Shown: in pieces, positions 49,221-63,170 of the stretch
Layout: each line of letters begins with the position of its first letter
Position numbering within the stretch: the stretch's first letter is position 1
Assembly: GCF_036971445.1 (NCBI RefSeq)
Contig: NC_091474.1
Coordinates: 174,344,001 to 174,408,000, forward strand
Direction of reading: 5' to 3'
Origin: Narcine bancroftii
Taxonomy: Eukaryota
Length of the DNA stretch: 64,000 nt
Notes under the pieces: model-generated
Seen by the model: only the letters and a program-made list of their open reading frames with translations
What the model was told of the DNA's origin: nothing
The model's database searches: none
Position numbers and translations under genes: made by a program

Positions 49221-52200
49221 TATAAGGAATAAAGACCCAGCCTATCCAACCCTCAAGCCGTCCTTGGATCCTTAATGATCAAACTTTCCAGATTAACTTG
49301 CCAAGTTGGATCATGTCAAAGGTCTTGCTGAAGTTCATGTATACATCGTCCACTGTCTTGCCCTTACCAATCTTCTTCAGGATCTCTTCAAAAAACTCGT
49401 ATCTGATTTGTGAGACACGATCTCCTATGAACAAATCCATGCTAACTAACTCTAATTAATCCTTGACCATCCAAATGCTGGTAGATCCTATCCTTCAGAA
49501 TCTTCTCCAGCAAATTTCACCTCCATCTTGTGTGCTTTTTTGCTCTTCTGATTTCCTTCTATGCACACTTTCACACTCCTTATATTCATCCAGGGATATG
49601 TTTGATCTGGTCTGCTTAGGTCTGATGTATGGTTCCTTTTCTTCTGACCAGTACTGATGAGAATGCAATGGAGAGGGTTAGTAAATTCCAGTTCCCTGGT
49701 GTCCACGTATCAGAGGACCATATGGAGCCAGAACTTCAAGGCAACTATGAAGAAGGAACTGAGAAATCTCTGAGGAGATTTGGCATTCCATCCAATACTC
49801 CAAGAAACTTCTAAAGGTGTCTACAGGAAGCAGAAGGCTGCAAAAAGTAGGAAACATAGCCAAGTCCATCATAGATTGCCTTAAGAAAGCTGCCAACATC
49901 ACAGTGGGGCCCCATCACCCTAGTCACAACCTCTTCCTATTGCTACCTTTGGACAGAAGCCTTAAGTCCAGCACTTTGAGGTTCAAGATCAGTTTCTTTC
50001 CAATGGCTGTCACTCTTTTGAACCTCTTCTTAAAACCCTAATCATAAAGAGTGCCCTATTGAAATGCCATTTTTTTATTAATGGTATCTATTCTTTATGT
50101 TTATTATCTCTTTTTGTACTGGGTTAATTCAATGTAAACTGTAGCAGTTAATAAGAATATTGGTCCTTATGTGGCAGCAAGTTCATTACCATTAGATATC
50201 ATAATGATCAGATCCACTTCAGTATAAGTCCAAAAATCCAGATGCCAGAAATCAAGAGCGCTGTGAACATGGACTTCTCGAAAACTTTTGGCTTTTGTGT
50301 GCATGCATGTGATGATGGATGCGTAAGCGCCACAGATGGACAGCGGCAACAAGCAACCTTGCGGAAATAGCAGAAAGCAAAATAAAATGTTTTTTTTTGT
50401 ACTTTGTATTTTATATGAAAAAATATTTCATTAATAAACTATCAACATTTAACCATTTATTCTCCTTAAATTTGAATTTTAAAAGTATTGCCCAAGAATC
50501 CAGAAAATCCGGACTGACCAATCCCCAAGCAGTCTGGATTTTAGGACTTTTACTATACCTCTATATTCTACATCAACCAAGGTTTCTCAAATTACCAGCT
50601 TCAACCTTCACCCTAACAAGAACATGTGCCTAAACTTTTGCTATCTAAAATGTCTAATTTTCTAGCGGTCCCCTTACCTAAAAATATCCTTTCCTAATTG
50701 ACTCCTCCAGTTCTTGCCTTAATTACTCTCAAATCAGCTTTGTACCAATTAAAGACCTTGACTATTTCAAAACTACTGGAAATATGGTCAAAAATGTAAA
50801 ATCTGTTTTTATATTATGGTCTATATCATTTGGCGCAAATGGACAAAAACCAATCTTGAATGTTTTTCACAGAACTATTTTTATTTCTGATGTGTGCTTT
50901 TTAAACAAAAAACAGCTGTTTCTCTTTATATTCCCTTGTCATCTAAACTAAACACCAATAAAATTACAAGAACAAAACTAATGAATGAAAGCAGTTTCTC
51001 CAGGAAAACAATGATCAAATGGATAAAGGTGGCCGAAGTGACACGTCACTAGATAGGTGACCAAAGCAACTTGCAGCAGGCTCACTCCAGTTACAGTGGA
51101 TAATGACTTCCGCTGGCTGTATCCTTTCCATTGCTGACATCTGGGAATTCAATTAAAGAGAGATTGGGTGGCTAGAGTTACACCCTGATCTCATTAAGCA
51201 GTTAACAACTGCAATACTGCATGTGGCTTGAGAGTTATGCTGACCACTCCTCCCATTTTACGTCATAGATCCATGACTTGCCATGCAATCGACAAAATTT
51301 AATTCTGATGATCTTCCAGTATGTGGGATCATTAAAAAAAAACTTTCTTGACTAAATGCCTATCATAATGGTGGCTAGGTGGGATGTTGCAAAATGGTTG
51401 TAGAAAACTAGTTGTCTGTGCCTGATTGTACCAAATCTGTGCTTTGGATGGATGTACATTATTCCGTAAATGGTTATATGGTTATACTTGCGCAGCACAG
51501 ATGACTGGCATAAAGCCAAGAGGCTGAAGAGACATGAGCCAATAAAGTTTAAGACAAGTCAAAATGAAGTATGAAAATACAACAGACCAGTAGTATTTTC
51601 CATTTGAATATACAAAAGTGTGGACAGTGAAATTTGGTAATGTAGAGAAAATGAGCAAACTGGAAATATCTATAAATGATGAAGGCCCACAAAATTAAAT
51701 TTGTGTGGAATACCTAGGCAAAACTATTCGAATAGACAGTGAAAAAAGTTGAACTACCCACCAGCAGACGGGTTAATGAAGTGTGCAATGGTGCTGGGAA
51801 TGCAGTGTTTATAAACGAATGGGCAAAAAGCTAGTTAACTAGAGGTCTTATTTAGGAATAGAGTGATTGAATAAGGAAGAGTGATGGTCACGTCAATTTA
51901 GGGCACATGGCATATATTAGCTTATCCGGTTCAACTAACTTAAGTATGATGGAGTAGTTTCCAATGCTCTTCATCAGAGTACCAAAGGGCAAGGGAGGTC
52001 AGTAATGGCAGAGATTAAGGTAACTGTGGGTGTATTCTGGCCTCATGTGGAGGATATGGGATGAGTGGAACCAGAGGACTACTTACTGAATTGCTGGAAT
52101 GAAATGGTTTAAGTTATCACTGTTATAAGAGGGCTGCAAAGATAAACAGATGATTTTAATTGGGGCCCAGGACAGGATCAAGGTCTGCTTTCTCCCTTCG

Positions 52201-52772
52201 TCCAAACCTCCATTTCAATTCTAGTCCTGCTCACGTATTATGAATGTTGAAGTCATTCCAATATCCAAGATGCTCTTTATCTGAGAGGTCAGAACTTAGG
52301 ATATTCCAGGTGCAGGAATTCCTGTTTCTCTCCTAGCTCCTTTTAACAATGTTGATTTTTGGGTTTGTGAAAGTTAACCTCCACACATGCATTCATGGTC
52401 TTAGCCTAGTCACTCATCAAATTGAAATGGCCAGCTGTTAGTGTTGGTGAATATTTTGTACTCTGAGAGGAGTCGTGACTTCTTCATCAAAGGGTAGTGG
52501 AAGTAGAGTATTTGAATATCTTAAAGGTAGAGGTAGGGAGATGGTTAATAAGCAAGTGGGAGAGAAGTTATGTGGGGGCATTGATGGTGTGTGGAGTTGA
52601 GGTTAGAATCAAATTAACCATTTTCTTATTAATTAATGTTGGATCCCCATTTCATATGCTCATGCCTGAGTACATTGAGAGAAAGTTGTTAATAATAATT
52701 TCAGAGAGATTGCTGGGGTTGAATTAAAATATTAGATGCTAATGTTTTAGACATGCTATAAACCATTTCAAA

Positions 52773-53910
52773 TCTTCTTTTTCTTTGGCTTGGCTTCGCG
52801 GACGAAGATTTATGGAGGGGGTAAAAAGTCCACGTCAGCTGCAGGCTCGTTTGTGGCTGACAAGTCCGATGCGGGACAGGCAGACACGATTGCAGCGGCT
52901 GCAGGGGAAAATTGGTTGGTTGGGGTTGGGTGTTGGGTTTTTCCTCCTTTGCCTTTTGTCAGTGAGGTGGGCTCTGCGGTCTTCTTCAAAGGAGGTTGCT
53001 GCCCGCCAAACTGTGAGGCGCCAAGATGCACGGTTTGAGGCGTTATCAGCCCACTGGTGGTGGTCAATGTGGCAGGCACCAAGAGATTTCTTTAGGCAGT
53101 CCTTGTACCTTTTCTTTGGTGCACCTCTGTCACGGTGGCCAGTGGAGAGCTCGCCATATAACACGATCTTGGGAAGGCGATGGTCCTCCATTCTGGAGAC
53201 GTGACCCATCCAGTGCAGCTGGATCTTCAGCAGCGTGGACTCGATGCTGTCGACCTCTGCCATCTCAAGTACTTCGACGTTAGGGATGTAAGCGCTCCAA
53301 TGGATGTTGAGGATGGAGCGGAGACAACGCTGGTGGAAGCGTTCTAGGAGCCGTAGGTGGTGCCGGTAGAGGACCCATGATTCGGAGCCGAACAGGAGTG
53401 TGGGTATGACAACGGCTCTGTATACGCTTATCTTTGTGAGGTTTTTCAGTTGGTTGTTTTTCCAGACTCTTTTGTGTAGTCTTCCAAAGGCGCTATTTGC
53501 CTTGGCGAGTCTGTTGTCTATCTCATTGTCGATCCTTGCATCTGATGAAATGGTGCAGCCGAGATAGGTAAACTGGTTGACCGTTTTGAGTTTTGTGTGC
53601 CCGATGGAGATGTGGGGGGGCTGGTAATCATGGTGGGGAGCTGGCTGATGGAGGACCTCAGTTTTCTTCAGGCTGACTTCCAGGCCAAACATTTTGGCAG
53701 TTTCCGCAAAGCAGGACGTCATGCGCTGAAGAGCTGGCTCTGAATGGGCAACTAAAGCGGCATCGTCTGCAAAGAGTAGTTCACGGACAAGTTTCTCTTG
53801 TGTCTTGGTGTGAGCTTGCAGGCGCCTCAGATTGAAGAGACTGCCATCCGTGCGGTACCGGATGTAAACAGCGTCTTCATTGTTGGGGTCTTTCATGGCT
53901 TCTTCAGCAT
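52773..53910 (-). mobile_element. RTE-clade LINE, 5'-truncated, uninterrupted 353-aa frame
   Basis: ORF 52835-53896 has ELLFADD, FTYLG, RLPKIVLYGEL and CSRC..H; near-identical to 22362-23410. Confidence 0.96.
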
Positions 53911-53976
53911 AAATTGGGGATAAGATTTTTTAGCAGCATTGAGAAGCAGAATGTTAGAAAGAATCATTTAGTACCA

Positions 53977-54972
53977 TTGGGCCCATTGTTGTTCGTTATA
54001 TACATTAATGATCTAGATGATGGGGTGGTGAATTGGATTAGTAAATATGCAGACGATACTAAGATAGGTGGAATAGTGGATAATGAAGAAGGTTTTCAAG
54101 GATTGCAGAGGGATTTGGGCTGCTTAGAAAAGTGGGCTTAAAAATGGCAGATGGAATTTAATGTTGATAAGTGTGAGGTGCTTCATTTTGCTAAGAAGAA
54201 TCAGAATAGGACATACATGGTAAATGGGAGAGCATTGAGGAATACAGAAGAGCAGAAAGATTTAGGAGTAACGGTACATCGTTCCCTGAAGGTAGAAACT
54301 CACGTGAATAGGGTGGTGAAGAAGGCTTTTAGTATGCTGGCCTTTATCAATCATTGCATGGAATATAGGAGTTGGGAGGTGATGTTGAGATTGTATAAGA
54401 CATTGGTGCAGCCTAATTTGGAGTTCTGTGTGCAGTTCTGGTCGCCTAATTATAGGAAGGATATAAACAGAGTGGAGAGAGCGCAGAGAAGGTTTACCAG
54501 AATGTTACCTGGGTTTAAGCATCTTGAGTATAGGGAGAGATTGGACAGATTAGGTCTTTATTCTTTGGAGCGTAGAAGGTTGAGAGGGGATTTGATAGAA
54601 GTATTTAAGATTATGAAATGGATAGACAGAGTGGATGTGGATAGACTATTTCCGTTAAGAGGAGGAAAGATTAAAACAAGAGGACATGAGTTAAGAATTA
54701 AGGGGCAGAGGTTTAGAGGTAACATGAGGGGGAACTTCTTTACTCAGAGAGTGGTAGCCGTGTGGAATGAGCTTCCGGGAGAAATAGTGGCGGCGGAGTC
54801 AATTGTATTATTTAAGAAAAGGTTGGACAGGTGTATGGATGAGAAGAAGATGGAGGGTTATGGGCATTGTGCAGGGAGGTGGGACCAGAAAGGGGTGTTT
54901 GGTTCGGTGCGGACTAGAAGGGCCTAATGGCCTGTTTCCGTGCTGTAATTGTTATGTTAAATGTTATGTTAT
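53977..54972 (+). mobile_element. Young CR1, 5'-truncated
   Basis: LGPLLFVIYINDLD, KYADD, a single stop near 54139, EFCVQFWSP, KTRGH; (tgtta)n tail. Confidence 0.95.
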
Positions 54973-57113
54973 GATCAAGTGTGTACCATCAGATAGATAA
55001 AAGTATATTTAAGAAACTGACCGGTATTCACAGGTTGACATTAAAATTCAAACAATAAGTCTTGACATGTTCTAGCTGCAATGATGGTAATAATGTCCAT
55101 TATTACTAATATTCTCGAGGGCAAGTGCTTTCAGAAAGAAAACTGGGTAAATATACAAGACTGCCCTTTGCCCCCACAAAAATATTGATAATATATCTTT
55201 ACCTCCTATGGATATTGCGACCGACTGAGTTCCTCCAGCATTTCTGTGTTTTTACTACAAATCACAGAGTCTGTAGACTTCCGTGTTTCACTCGTGTGTA
55301 GCATTTGTCTGTTATGGAATATTATCGCACTGTTTTCTGACTGCAACATACACTCTGCAGACAATGAACTGAAATTTACAGAACTATTAAATTCTTTAAA
55401 TTCTTATTTACTGAACACAAGTCAAAGACATTGAGTGGAGATTGTATTAAAAACCTGTCAACTAAAATGATCTACATCATTTTAAAGTAAGTATTTTAAG
55501 CCTACTTCTATTACAAAAATTGCATTAATTAGTTCACAAACTTGAATGTTTTCAACTTGTTGATAATATTCACTTACCTCACTAACTGCACAACCAGGAA
55601 TAAATTACATGTGACCATTTATCATTTCCTTCACATTACTTTGACAAGTACGCAAATAATGAATGCTTTAACCACAGCACCCAAGTAATCCACTGGAACA
55701 TCCCAGTCTCCCATCAGATTAAAATGAGATCTCGAAATGTCATTGAGCCAAACAGCATGGAAACAGATCCTCAGCCCATGAAGTGCACACTGACCATGGA
55801 GCACCCATTTACACTAATTCTACATTTGTTATATTTGTTTTTCTTAAACAGCCTTGGAATCACAAATAATTTAGCAGCGATTCACACATTTTGACTTCAG
55901 TCTTATAAGGTATGCAAACATTTTAAAGGTTTGTATATCTGTATTATGCAGCCATCTAGCAATAAAAATTACATTTAAAATCTTCTCACAAATATCTCCT
56001 TTCTAATCGCTTAGAGCAGACCTGAAATAGGAATGCTAAATCTTTTATATCAAATATATCAGGAGAAAATGCTTCAATTTCTTCAGGCAGAGTGAACAAG
56101 GGAGAGAAATAGCAGAGAAGGCGACCCAATAGGACAGTGAATACGGCAGTGGACCAGCAAGGGGCTCAGCGGCTGAGGGAGCTACACAGACTATGGGCAA
56201 CATGGTCATGGATCCACATGGGCTGCAAGCTGCTGGAGATTGGCTCATGGGAACCAGGTATTGGAGCTGGGATTCGAGAGGGGGTTGCGAGCAAGAACGA
56301 CTCCTGAATGGTATTGGGGCTGAAGGCTTTCTGATCGTGTCGGAGGTTTGGATTTGGAACTCAGGTTGCAACTGCATAGGCTGTGGGAACACTAGAGGCA
56401 AACCTATGGACACTCAGTGACTCTAAAGGGACTCTCTTTTGCTTCTCTTTATTACTGTTAAGGGGCAGGGGGTGACTCTAATGTTGACTCATTGTCTGCC
56501 TTATGGTAGGCAGAAGGCAATTTCATGTAATATTAAATGTTCTGTACAATTATACTGACAACAAAGGAATCTTAGTTTCTTAGAGTCAATGGCTGGATCT
56601 TTTACTGAAATGGCTCTTACTAATTAACTAGGTAGAACTTTAGGATCCTGAAGTGAAGGCAGATGTCCTGATCTTCCACGCATGGAATTCAACAAACAAC
56701 ATAAACTTCCACAGATTTCCCAAATGTTAGGCTGGGATTTATCTGCTGTACGTGCACCAGGTTAGGTGTTAGTTTACAGGGCCCTTTGATTTAAATGGAA
56801 ACAGTATTTTTAACGTTGTTTGAATGTTTTCAAAGACAAAGGCATTCACAAACAGTCAGCCAGATTTTCTGATGGCTTACTGGCCACAAGCCACTGGCAA
56901 TAAACTGTTTCTTTCAGCATGCTTTTCCTGACAGACAGCAAGCCCAGTTTTATCAGTGTGGGAGGTGACGACTGGAGATCTGAGAGCTGAGGCTCTTTCA
57001 CATCCTCTGAGAGGAGCATTTTAAAAGTCATAAAGAATGTCTAGGAACAAAAGAGACCGTAAGGGATATTGCATTTTATTTGGTCATTTACCTGCGATAA
57101 ATTCTCAGCATAC

Positions 57114-57232
57114 CTTTGGTGCTGCCTTTCCAGTTATTTTCTTCAGTAGTTCATTAAGATGATTCCAATTGCCTTGGGAGTACCAACCAGGTTGTTCGAG
57201 TGAAGGAAGTGGCTCTCGTTCTTCATCATTAA
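57114..57232 (-). CDS. NT5DC1: NT5DC1 coding exon (119 bp); upstream exons lie beyond the window
   Basis: ttcacag|tt-NDEEREPLPSLEQPGWYSQGNWNHLNELLKKITGKAAPK|gtatgc, matching NT5DC1 NDEE..LPSLDKPGWYSQGN..HLYELLKKMTGK..PK. Phase 1 to 0. Not present in the ORF track. Confidence 0.95.
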
Positions 57233-58804
57233 CTGTGAATAAATCAAAGAGGTCATGAAAACAATTTTACATTTTCCTTGATTTAGTTACTTAAGATCTA
57301 GGCAGTGTGAGAAAATTAAAACATGATGACCATCAGGTTTAGCACACAGAATGCTGAAGCCTAACTAGAGTTAGATTATTACTACAAATGTTACGATCTG
57401 GAATTTTGTTTTTCTGTTTTTTTTTGGAGGCATTTATTTGTTCAAAACAATTGGATTAACAAATTCACAAAATTAATAGGTATAATTAAATGTTTTATCA
57501 GTATTCCAATTTGTATTTTTAATGGTACTCTGGGGAAAAAGAGCTGTGCAAAGTATTGCAGCTGAGTTAGATACTCACAGATTCAGTTCTGTGTTTCTTA
57601 CCAAGAGGCACGATACAATTCTTATTTGCCAAGTCTTGCTAAAGTCCGCATTTCAGAACAAGTAGTCTGATAGCTACCTGCGGGATTACAGCAACTAGTT
57701 CACACAGGAGGTGTTCCTTGGTTTTACTATCAGGATTCAAGCCTGATAATTCATGCACCTCAATCTTAACCCATACAAAACTTTCAGTGTAATAAGTCTG
57801 TATTTTTATCAGCAATAACTGGATGATTTTCTGAAGTGCAGTGTATTAAGCCCATTCCACAGACTTATTTATTTGGCTTCAACAGACATTCTCCAGTCAT
57901 TCTACTGAGAAAATACAACTCATGTCAAGTTTCTTGTGCGGTAATGTGTTAGAAATCTTAAGCTCTGATAGGATAGTGACTATAAAACATGGTTGGGTTT
58001 GTATTGAGTTTTTATTGAGAAACACAGCTGCAATCACGTTCTGCAGACCCAAAAGAATTCTGAAGCGACAGTTTGACATTCCATTGGGCAGTCAAAAATC
58101 TGGCCTCGGGCTGTGTACACAAAATATTGGTTAGCTCAATATTATACTGGTCTGGCACTTTGCAAATAACAGCCAATCTCTCTTGTTTAGGCAATGAATT
58201 GTGGAGACCATGAGGGGCCACAGGAAGGCATGTTAACTGTCAGCAATACCAGAGGTAGAACTGGTATAGACCTAGCACTTGTCTATGTATGCCTCTAAAT
58301 GTTACACTGCCTGTTGTAATGTATTGAGGCAGTGTGAATGGTACAGGAGTAGGATATTTAACTGTTTTAAAAGTTCCTAAATATTCATAGTAATCTATTG
58401 GCAGTAATGATGAAAATGAGAAAGACCAAATCTATACCTCGCATTACTCCAAGACAACCAAACATCTGTCTGCACGACTGACAAAGCACATTTTTTGCAC
58501 TATCTGTCCATTGTGAATATTTCTTTTTTTTCTCTTCCTCTTATATTTCTCTTCTTATGTGTTGTGTCTTTTCAGTCTTCAGAAAGCTATAGTAATTAAG
58601 ATTCATAATATCTCTACATTGTACTAATACGTTATGATTATGATGTTGCGGCCATTGTGCAGACATGGCTTTTAAGAGGGACAGGATTGACAGGTCAAGG
58701 TTCCTGAGTTTCAATGATCAAGGCATTTCTGATTTGGGAGAGTGTCACAGCAGCACTCAAAAATGGGCTCTACGACTGAGGCAGTGTGAGTAGAAATCAG
58801 GAAC

Positions 58805-59095
58805 ACCTGCTACCACTCTCAGACTCCTCAACAACAAACTCAATCAGGGACTAATTTAAGGACTCTTACTTGTGCGCTTTATTGATTTTTTTTGCTCTCC
58901 CTGTATTGCACAGTCAGTTTGTTTACATTTGTTATCTGTTTACAGTTCTTTTGATTGCTTATATATGTTCACACTGTGTACAGCTTAGTTTTTGCACTAC
59001 CAATTAGTGGTAATTCTGCTGTGCCCACAGGATAAAAAGGATCTCAGGGTTGTATGTGAGTGTCATGTATGTACTCTGACAATAAATCTGAACTA
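58805..59095 (+). mobile_element. Rex1-like 3' tail fragment
   Basis: acaacaaactcaatcag...atctcagggttgta...tactctgacaataaatctgaa; same tail family as 38680 and 62582. Confidence 0.75.
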
Positions 59096-59639
59096 AGACA
59101 AGTGCAGTCAACTCAGATAGGGAACTCCAAGCACCAATCAAAGAGAGTGGCAAGCAGCTGGAATGCATTGTTGGAGATAGTGGGTGAGGCTGGTACCCTT
59201 TCAAAGACTCTTGGATAGGCCCATAGATGTAAGAATAATGAAGTGTTATGGGTTGTGAGGGAGAGAAGGTTAACATCATGGGTCGAAGGACCCATACTGT
59301 GTTGTGCTATTCTATGTTCTGTAGACTTCCTAATAGCTAACAGGAAGTGGAGGAACAGATGTGTGACTTATCAAAAGATGCAAAAGCAAAAGGGTTGTCA
59401 TATTGGGAGACTTTCATTTCCCCAAAATGACTTGGTCATCCTTATTGTAAGAGGCTTAGATGGAGCAAAATCAAATGCATCCAGCAGAGTTTCTTGAAGC
59501 AGCATGTAGAGACGGGGCCATACTAGACCATGTATTAGCAAATAAGATGAACAGATGATTGGAATTTCATTGGGGAACATTTTGGGAATAGTGATCTCTC
59601 TTCCTTAACTTTCAAGATAGTTATGGAGAATGATAAACT

Positions 59640-60668
59640 TGGACTACTTTGGTGCTGCCCTCATGCACCCATGATAAGCCTGTTGACTTCATCTATTTTG
59701 TTCCCAACTTCCACAAATTCACATGGTCCAACTCTAGCAACACTCTTCTGTTCCTCGATCTCTCCGTCTCCATTTAAGAAGACAAATTCTCAACAGATAT
59801 CTTCTACAAACCCACAGCTACCTTGACTACACCTCTTCCCACCCTGTCCCCTGTAAGGATTCCATTCCATTCTCTCGATTCCTCTGTCTCCGTCACATCC
59901 GCACACAGGATGAGGACTTCCATGCCAGATCATCAGAGATGTCCTCCTTCTTCAAACAATGTGGCTTTCCCTCTTCCATCATCACTGCATATCTTCTATT
60001 ACCTGAACATCTGCCCTGGCCCCCTTCTCCCCCATGCACAACAAAAACAGGGTTCCTTTTGTCCTCAGCTACGCATCCAACACGTCCCCCTCTGCCATTT
60101 GTGTCCCATTAGACACATATTTCTCTCTCCACCTTCTGCAGAAACTGCTTCTTCCATGACTCCTTGTCCGCTCCTCCCTTCCCACCGATCATCCCCTCGG
60201 TACCCCTCAGTACCTATCCCTGTGACCACAGGAAATGCTCCACTTGCACCCACATCTCCTCCCTCATCACCATTTGGGGCCCAAAATAGTCCTTCCAAGT
60301 GAAGAAACATTTCATTTGTGAATATGTGGGGGTCATCTACTGCACCTGGTGCTCCTGTTGTGGCCTCCTCACTTCTTCCCCCGTCGCCTTCTCCCAGCTC
60401 TGTCTCCCTGTCTCCTTTTGCCCAGACTTGATAAATTCTTACCTCTCCCACACCTTTTGTTGGTCTGGATTCCTTCCCCCAGCCAGTCTGATTCAGTCTG
60501 AATTCTGCTTCTGGGTCAATCTGTGTATTCTTGAAGAAGGGCTTAGGCCCAAAATATCGACAACATATCTGCTTTTTATGGATGCTGAAAAGACTGGCTG
60601 AGTTCCTCCAGCATTTCCGTGTGTTTTTAATGCAATCACAGCGCCTGCAGACTTTCGTGTTTCACAGT
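59640..60668 (+). mobile_element. Penelope-like element, decayed RT C-terminus, GIY-YIG remnant and terminal repeat
   Basis: FTWS..TLLFLDLSVS, TDIFYKPT, YLDYTSSHPVPCKDSIPFS, GVIYC; tail ttgaagaagggcttaggccc...gctgagttcctccagcatt. Confidence 0.85.
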
Positions 60669-61733
60669 GAAGGTAAATTATGACAGAATTAGACAGGAGT
60701 GAGAGGGAGTTAATTGGGAACAATTCCTACCGGGAAAGTTTACAAATGACATTTGGGAGTTGCTTAAGGACCAACTAATTAGTGTTCACAACTGGCATGG
60801 TCCAATGCAAAGGAAGGATAAGAATGGCATGATAAGAGAATCTTGGATGAAGAGAGAGTCATGAACTTTGCATCAGAGTTTTCCAAGGAGGACATTTGAC
60901 AGTGATAGCCAGCACAAGGTGGAGAATGCTCATGTACTAGGGCATTTGCAGATCAAGAGAGGTGTTTTTGGGTCTTTTGAGAAGCATTATGGTGGGCAAG
61001 TCCTCTGAACCTAATAGTTAGGTAAAGAGGAAGTGAAGAGATTGTAGGCCTTGACAAAAATCTTTGCAAACTCACTTGTGACAGGAGAGGTTCCAGAGGA
61101 CTGGAGAGAGGCTAATGTTGTACCCTTATTTCAAATGGGGGGAAAAAAAAGAATCATCCAGGAAATCATTGGGCCAGTAAAGCCTCACATCAGTGGAAGG
61201 AAACAATTGGAAAATATACTTAGTGATACAATTTTTGCATATTTTGAAAGTCATGTTCAGATTAGGGACAATCAACATGGCTTTCTGAAGGGCAGGTTAT
61301 TTCTTAACAATTTGAGTCTTTTGAGGAGGTGACAAAAATAGTTAATGATGACAGTAATGTTCCAGACATAGACTTAAGCGAGGTATTTGACATGGTCGGC
61401 TGATTCAGAATGTGCAGAATTGGATCTAGGTTGAGTTTATAGTTTGAATATGAAATCGGTTGCCCCAAACAAAACATTATTAATGCTGGAGGCCTGTGAT
61501 CAGTGGTGTTCTGCAGGATTGGTGTTTGAACTCTGTTGTTTATGATAAACATAATGACCTGGATGAAAATAGTAGGTGGGTGGGTTATTAAGTTTGCAGA
61601 TGATACCAAGATTGTTGAAGTTGTGAACAATGTAGTGCATTACCAAAGAATATAACAGCATATAGATGAGTTAGAGATATGGGCAGAGAAATGGGAGATA
61701 AAATTTAATCCAGACAAATGTAAGGTATTGCAC

Positions 61734-62208
61734 GAGACAGAAGTAAAACACTAAAGTCTGTAGTCACCGTAGTTGAAGTAAAAACCCAAGGCTGGAGAAA
61801 CTCAGCAGGTCAAACAGTGTCCTTTATATGCAAAGATAAAGATACATAACCAACGTTTCGGGCTTGAGCCCTTCATCAAGGTATGAAAAATATTTGACAG
61901 GCACCCAAATAAAATGGTGGGGGGGAGATGGGCAGGGAGAAGAGCACGGTTCTAAAGGCAGGGAGGGCACACCAGCAAGCAGGAGGAGGAAGGATGTCTC
62001 GGTGAATGGAGAGGGAAGAAGGTGGAGAGATGGAGGAAAGAAGACAAAGAGAAAGCAAAGGGAGGGAACAGAGAGAAGGCTGGCAGAAACTGGAGAGGTT
62101 GATGTTAATGCCATCTGGTTTGAGAGTGCCTAGTTGGAAAATAAAGTGTCACCCCTTCAATTTATGGGTTGTCTTGGTGGTCCAGTACAAGGCCAAGGAC
62201 AGACATTC
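61734..62208 (-). mobile_element. Penelope-like 3' fragment with probable TSD
   Basis: GTLKPDGINI remnant and terminal repeat, flanked by aaggtattgcac (61722-61733) and aaggtgttgcac (62209-62220). Confidence 0.85.
61845..61885 (-). ncRNA. Minimal type-I hammerhead ribozyme-like motif in a Penelope terminal repeat
   Basis: Minus strand CAUACC-UUGAUGA-A-GGGC(UCAA)GCCC-GAAA-CGUU-GGUUAUG gives stem I, core, stem II and a palindromic AACGUU stem III. It has U in place of the canonical C3. Confidence 0.6.
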
Positions 62209-62581
62209 AAGGTGTTGCACTTTGGGAAGTCAAATGTACGGTGAATGTAAACTGTTAATGACAGGGCACATAGAAATATCACAGTGAGGGGGTCCCAATA
62301 TATTTAATTGAAAATGGGTGGAAAAGATGGTGTATGGTATACTAGGCTTCAATGGATGGGGTACCTATGTAAAATTTTGTTTAGGCCACACTTGGAATAT
62401 TATGTGCATTTCTAGTGATTCCACTACAGGAATGATATGGAGGCCTCAGAAAGCGTACAGAAGAGGTTTAACAGGATGTTGCCTTGTTTAGAGGGCAATG
62501 AATTATGGAGAAGGATGAGGAAAACTTGGATTGTTTGCTCTGGAGCAAAGGAGGCTGTGGGAGAGCTGATAGTGGTGTATA

Positions 62582-63170
62582 AAGTTCAAAGTTTAAATTA
62601 TTATTTGCATGAATACGACAACCCTGAGATTCTTTTATCTGCAAGTGAGGCAGAATATTTATTTATTGGTAGTGCAAAATAAAAACTGTACTCAAGATTA
62701 AAAAGAGAGAAATATAAACAAAGAAAGAAATGTAAACAAACTGACTGTGCAATACAGAAAATAAATATTCAACAATAAATAACATGCAAAGTAAGCAAGT
62801 CTCTGATTGAGTTTGTTGTTTAGGAACTGATCTTGAAAGTAGTGGTACAAGTCTTGTGGTACCAATACCTCTTTCCTGATGGCAGCAATGAGAACACAGC
62901 ATGTCCTAGGTGGGGTGGATCCTTGATGATTGCTGGTGTTCTCTGACAGTGACATTCCATATAGATTCACTCAATGGTGGGGAGAGTTTATCTGTGATGT
63001 ATTGGGTGTGGCCACTATCTTTTGCAGAGCTTTCTGCTCAGAGCTATTGGTCCCCCACAACACCCCCCCACTCCCACCCAAACCAGGCCGTGATGCAGCT
63101 AGTCAGCATATTTTCCACCCTGCATCTGTCGAAGTTTGTCAAGGTTTTTGATGTCATACATCAAAATCCT
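62582..63170 (-). mobile_element. Rex1-like 3' fragment
   Basis: Same family as 38680-39420 (ctgccatcaggaaagaggta, acaaactcaatcagagac, atctcagggttgt). Confidence 0.8.
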
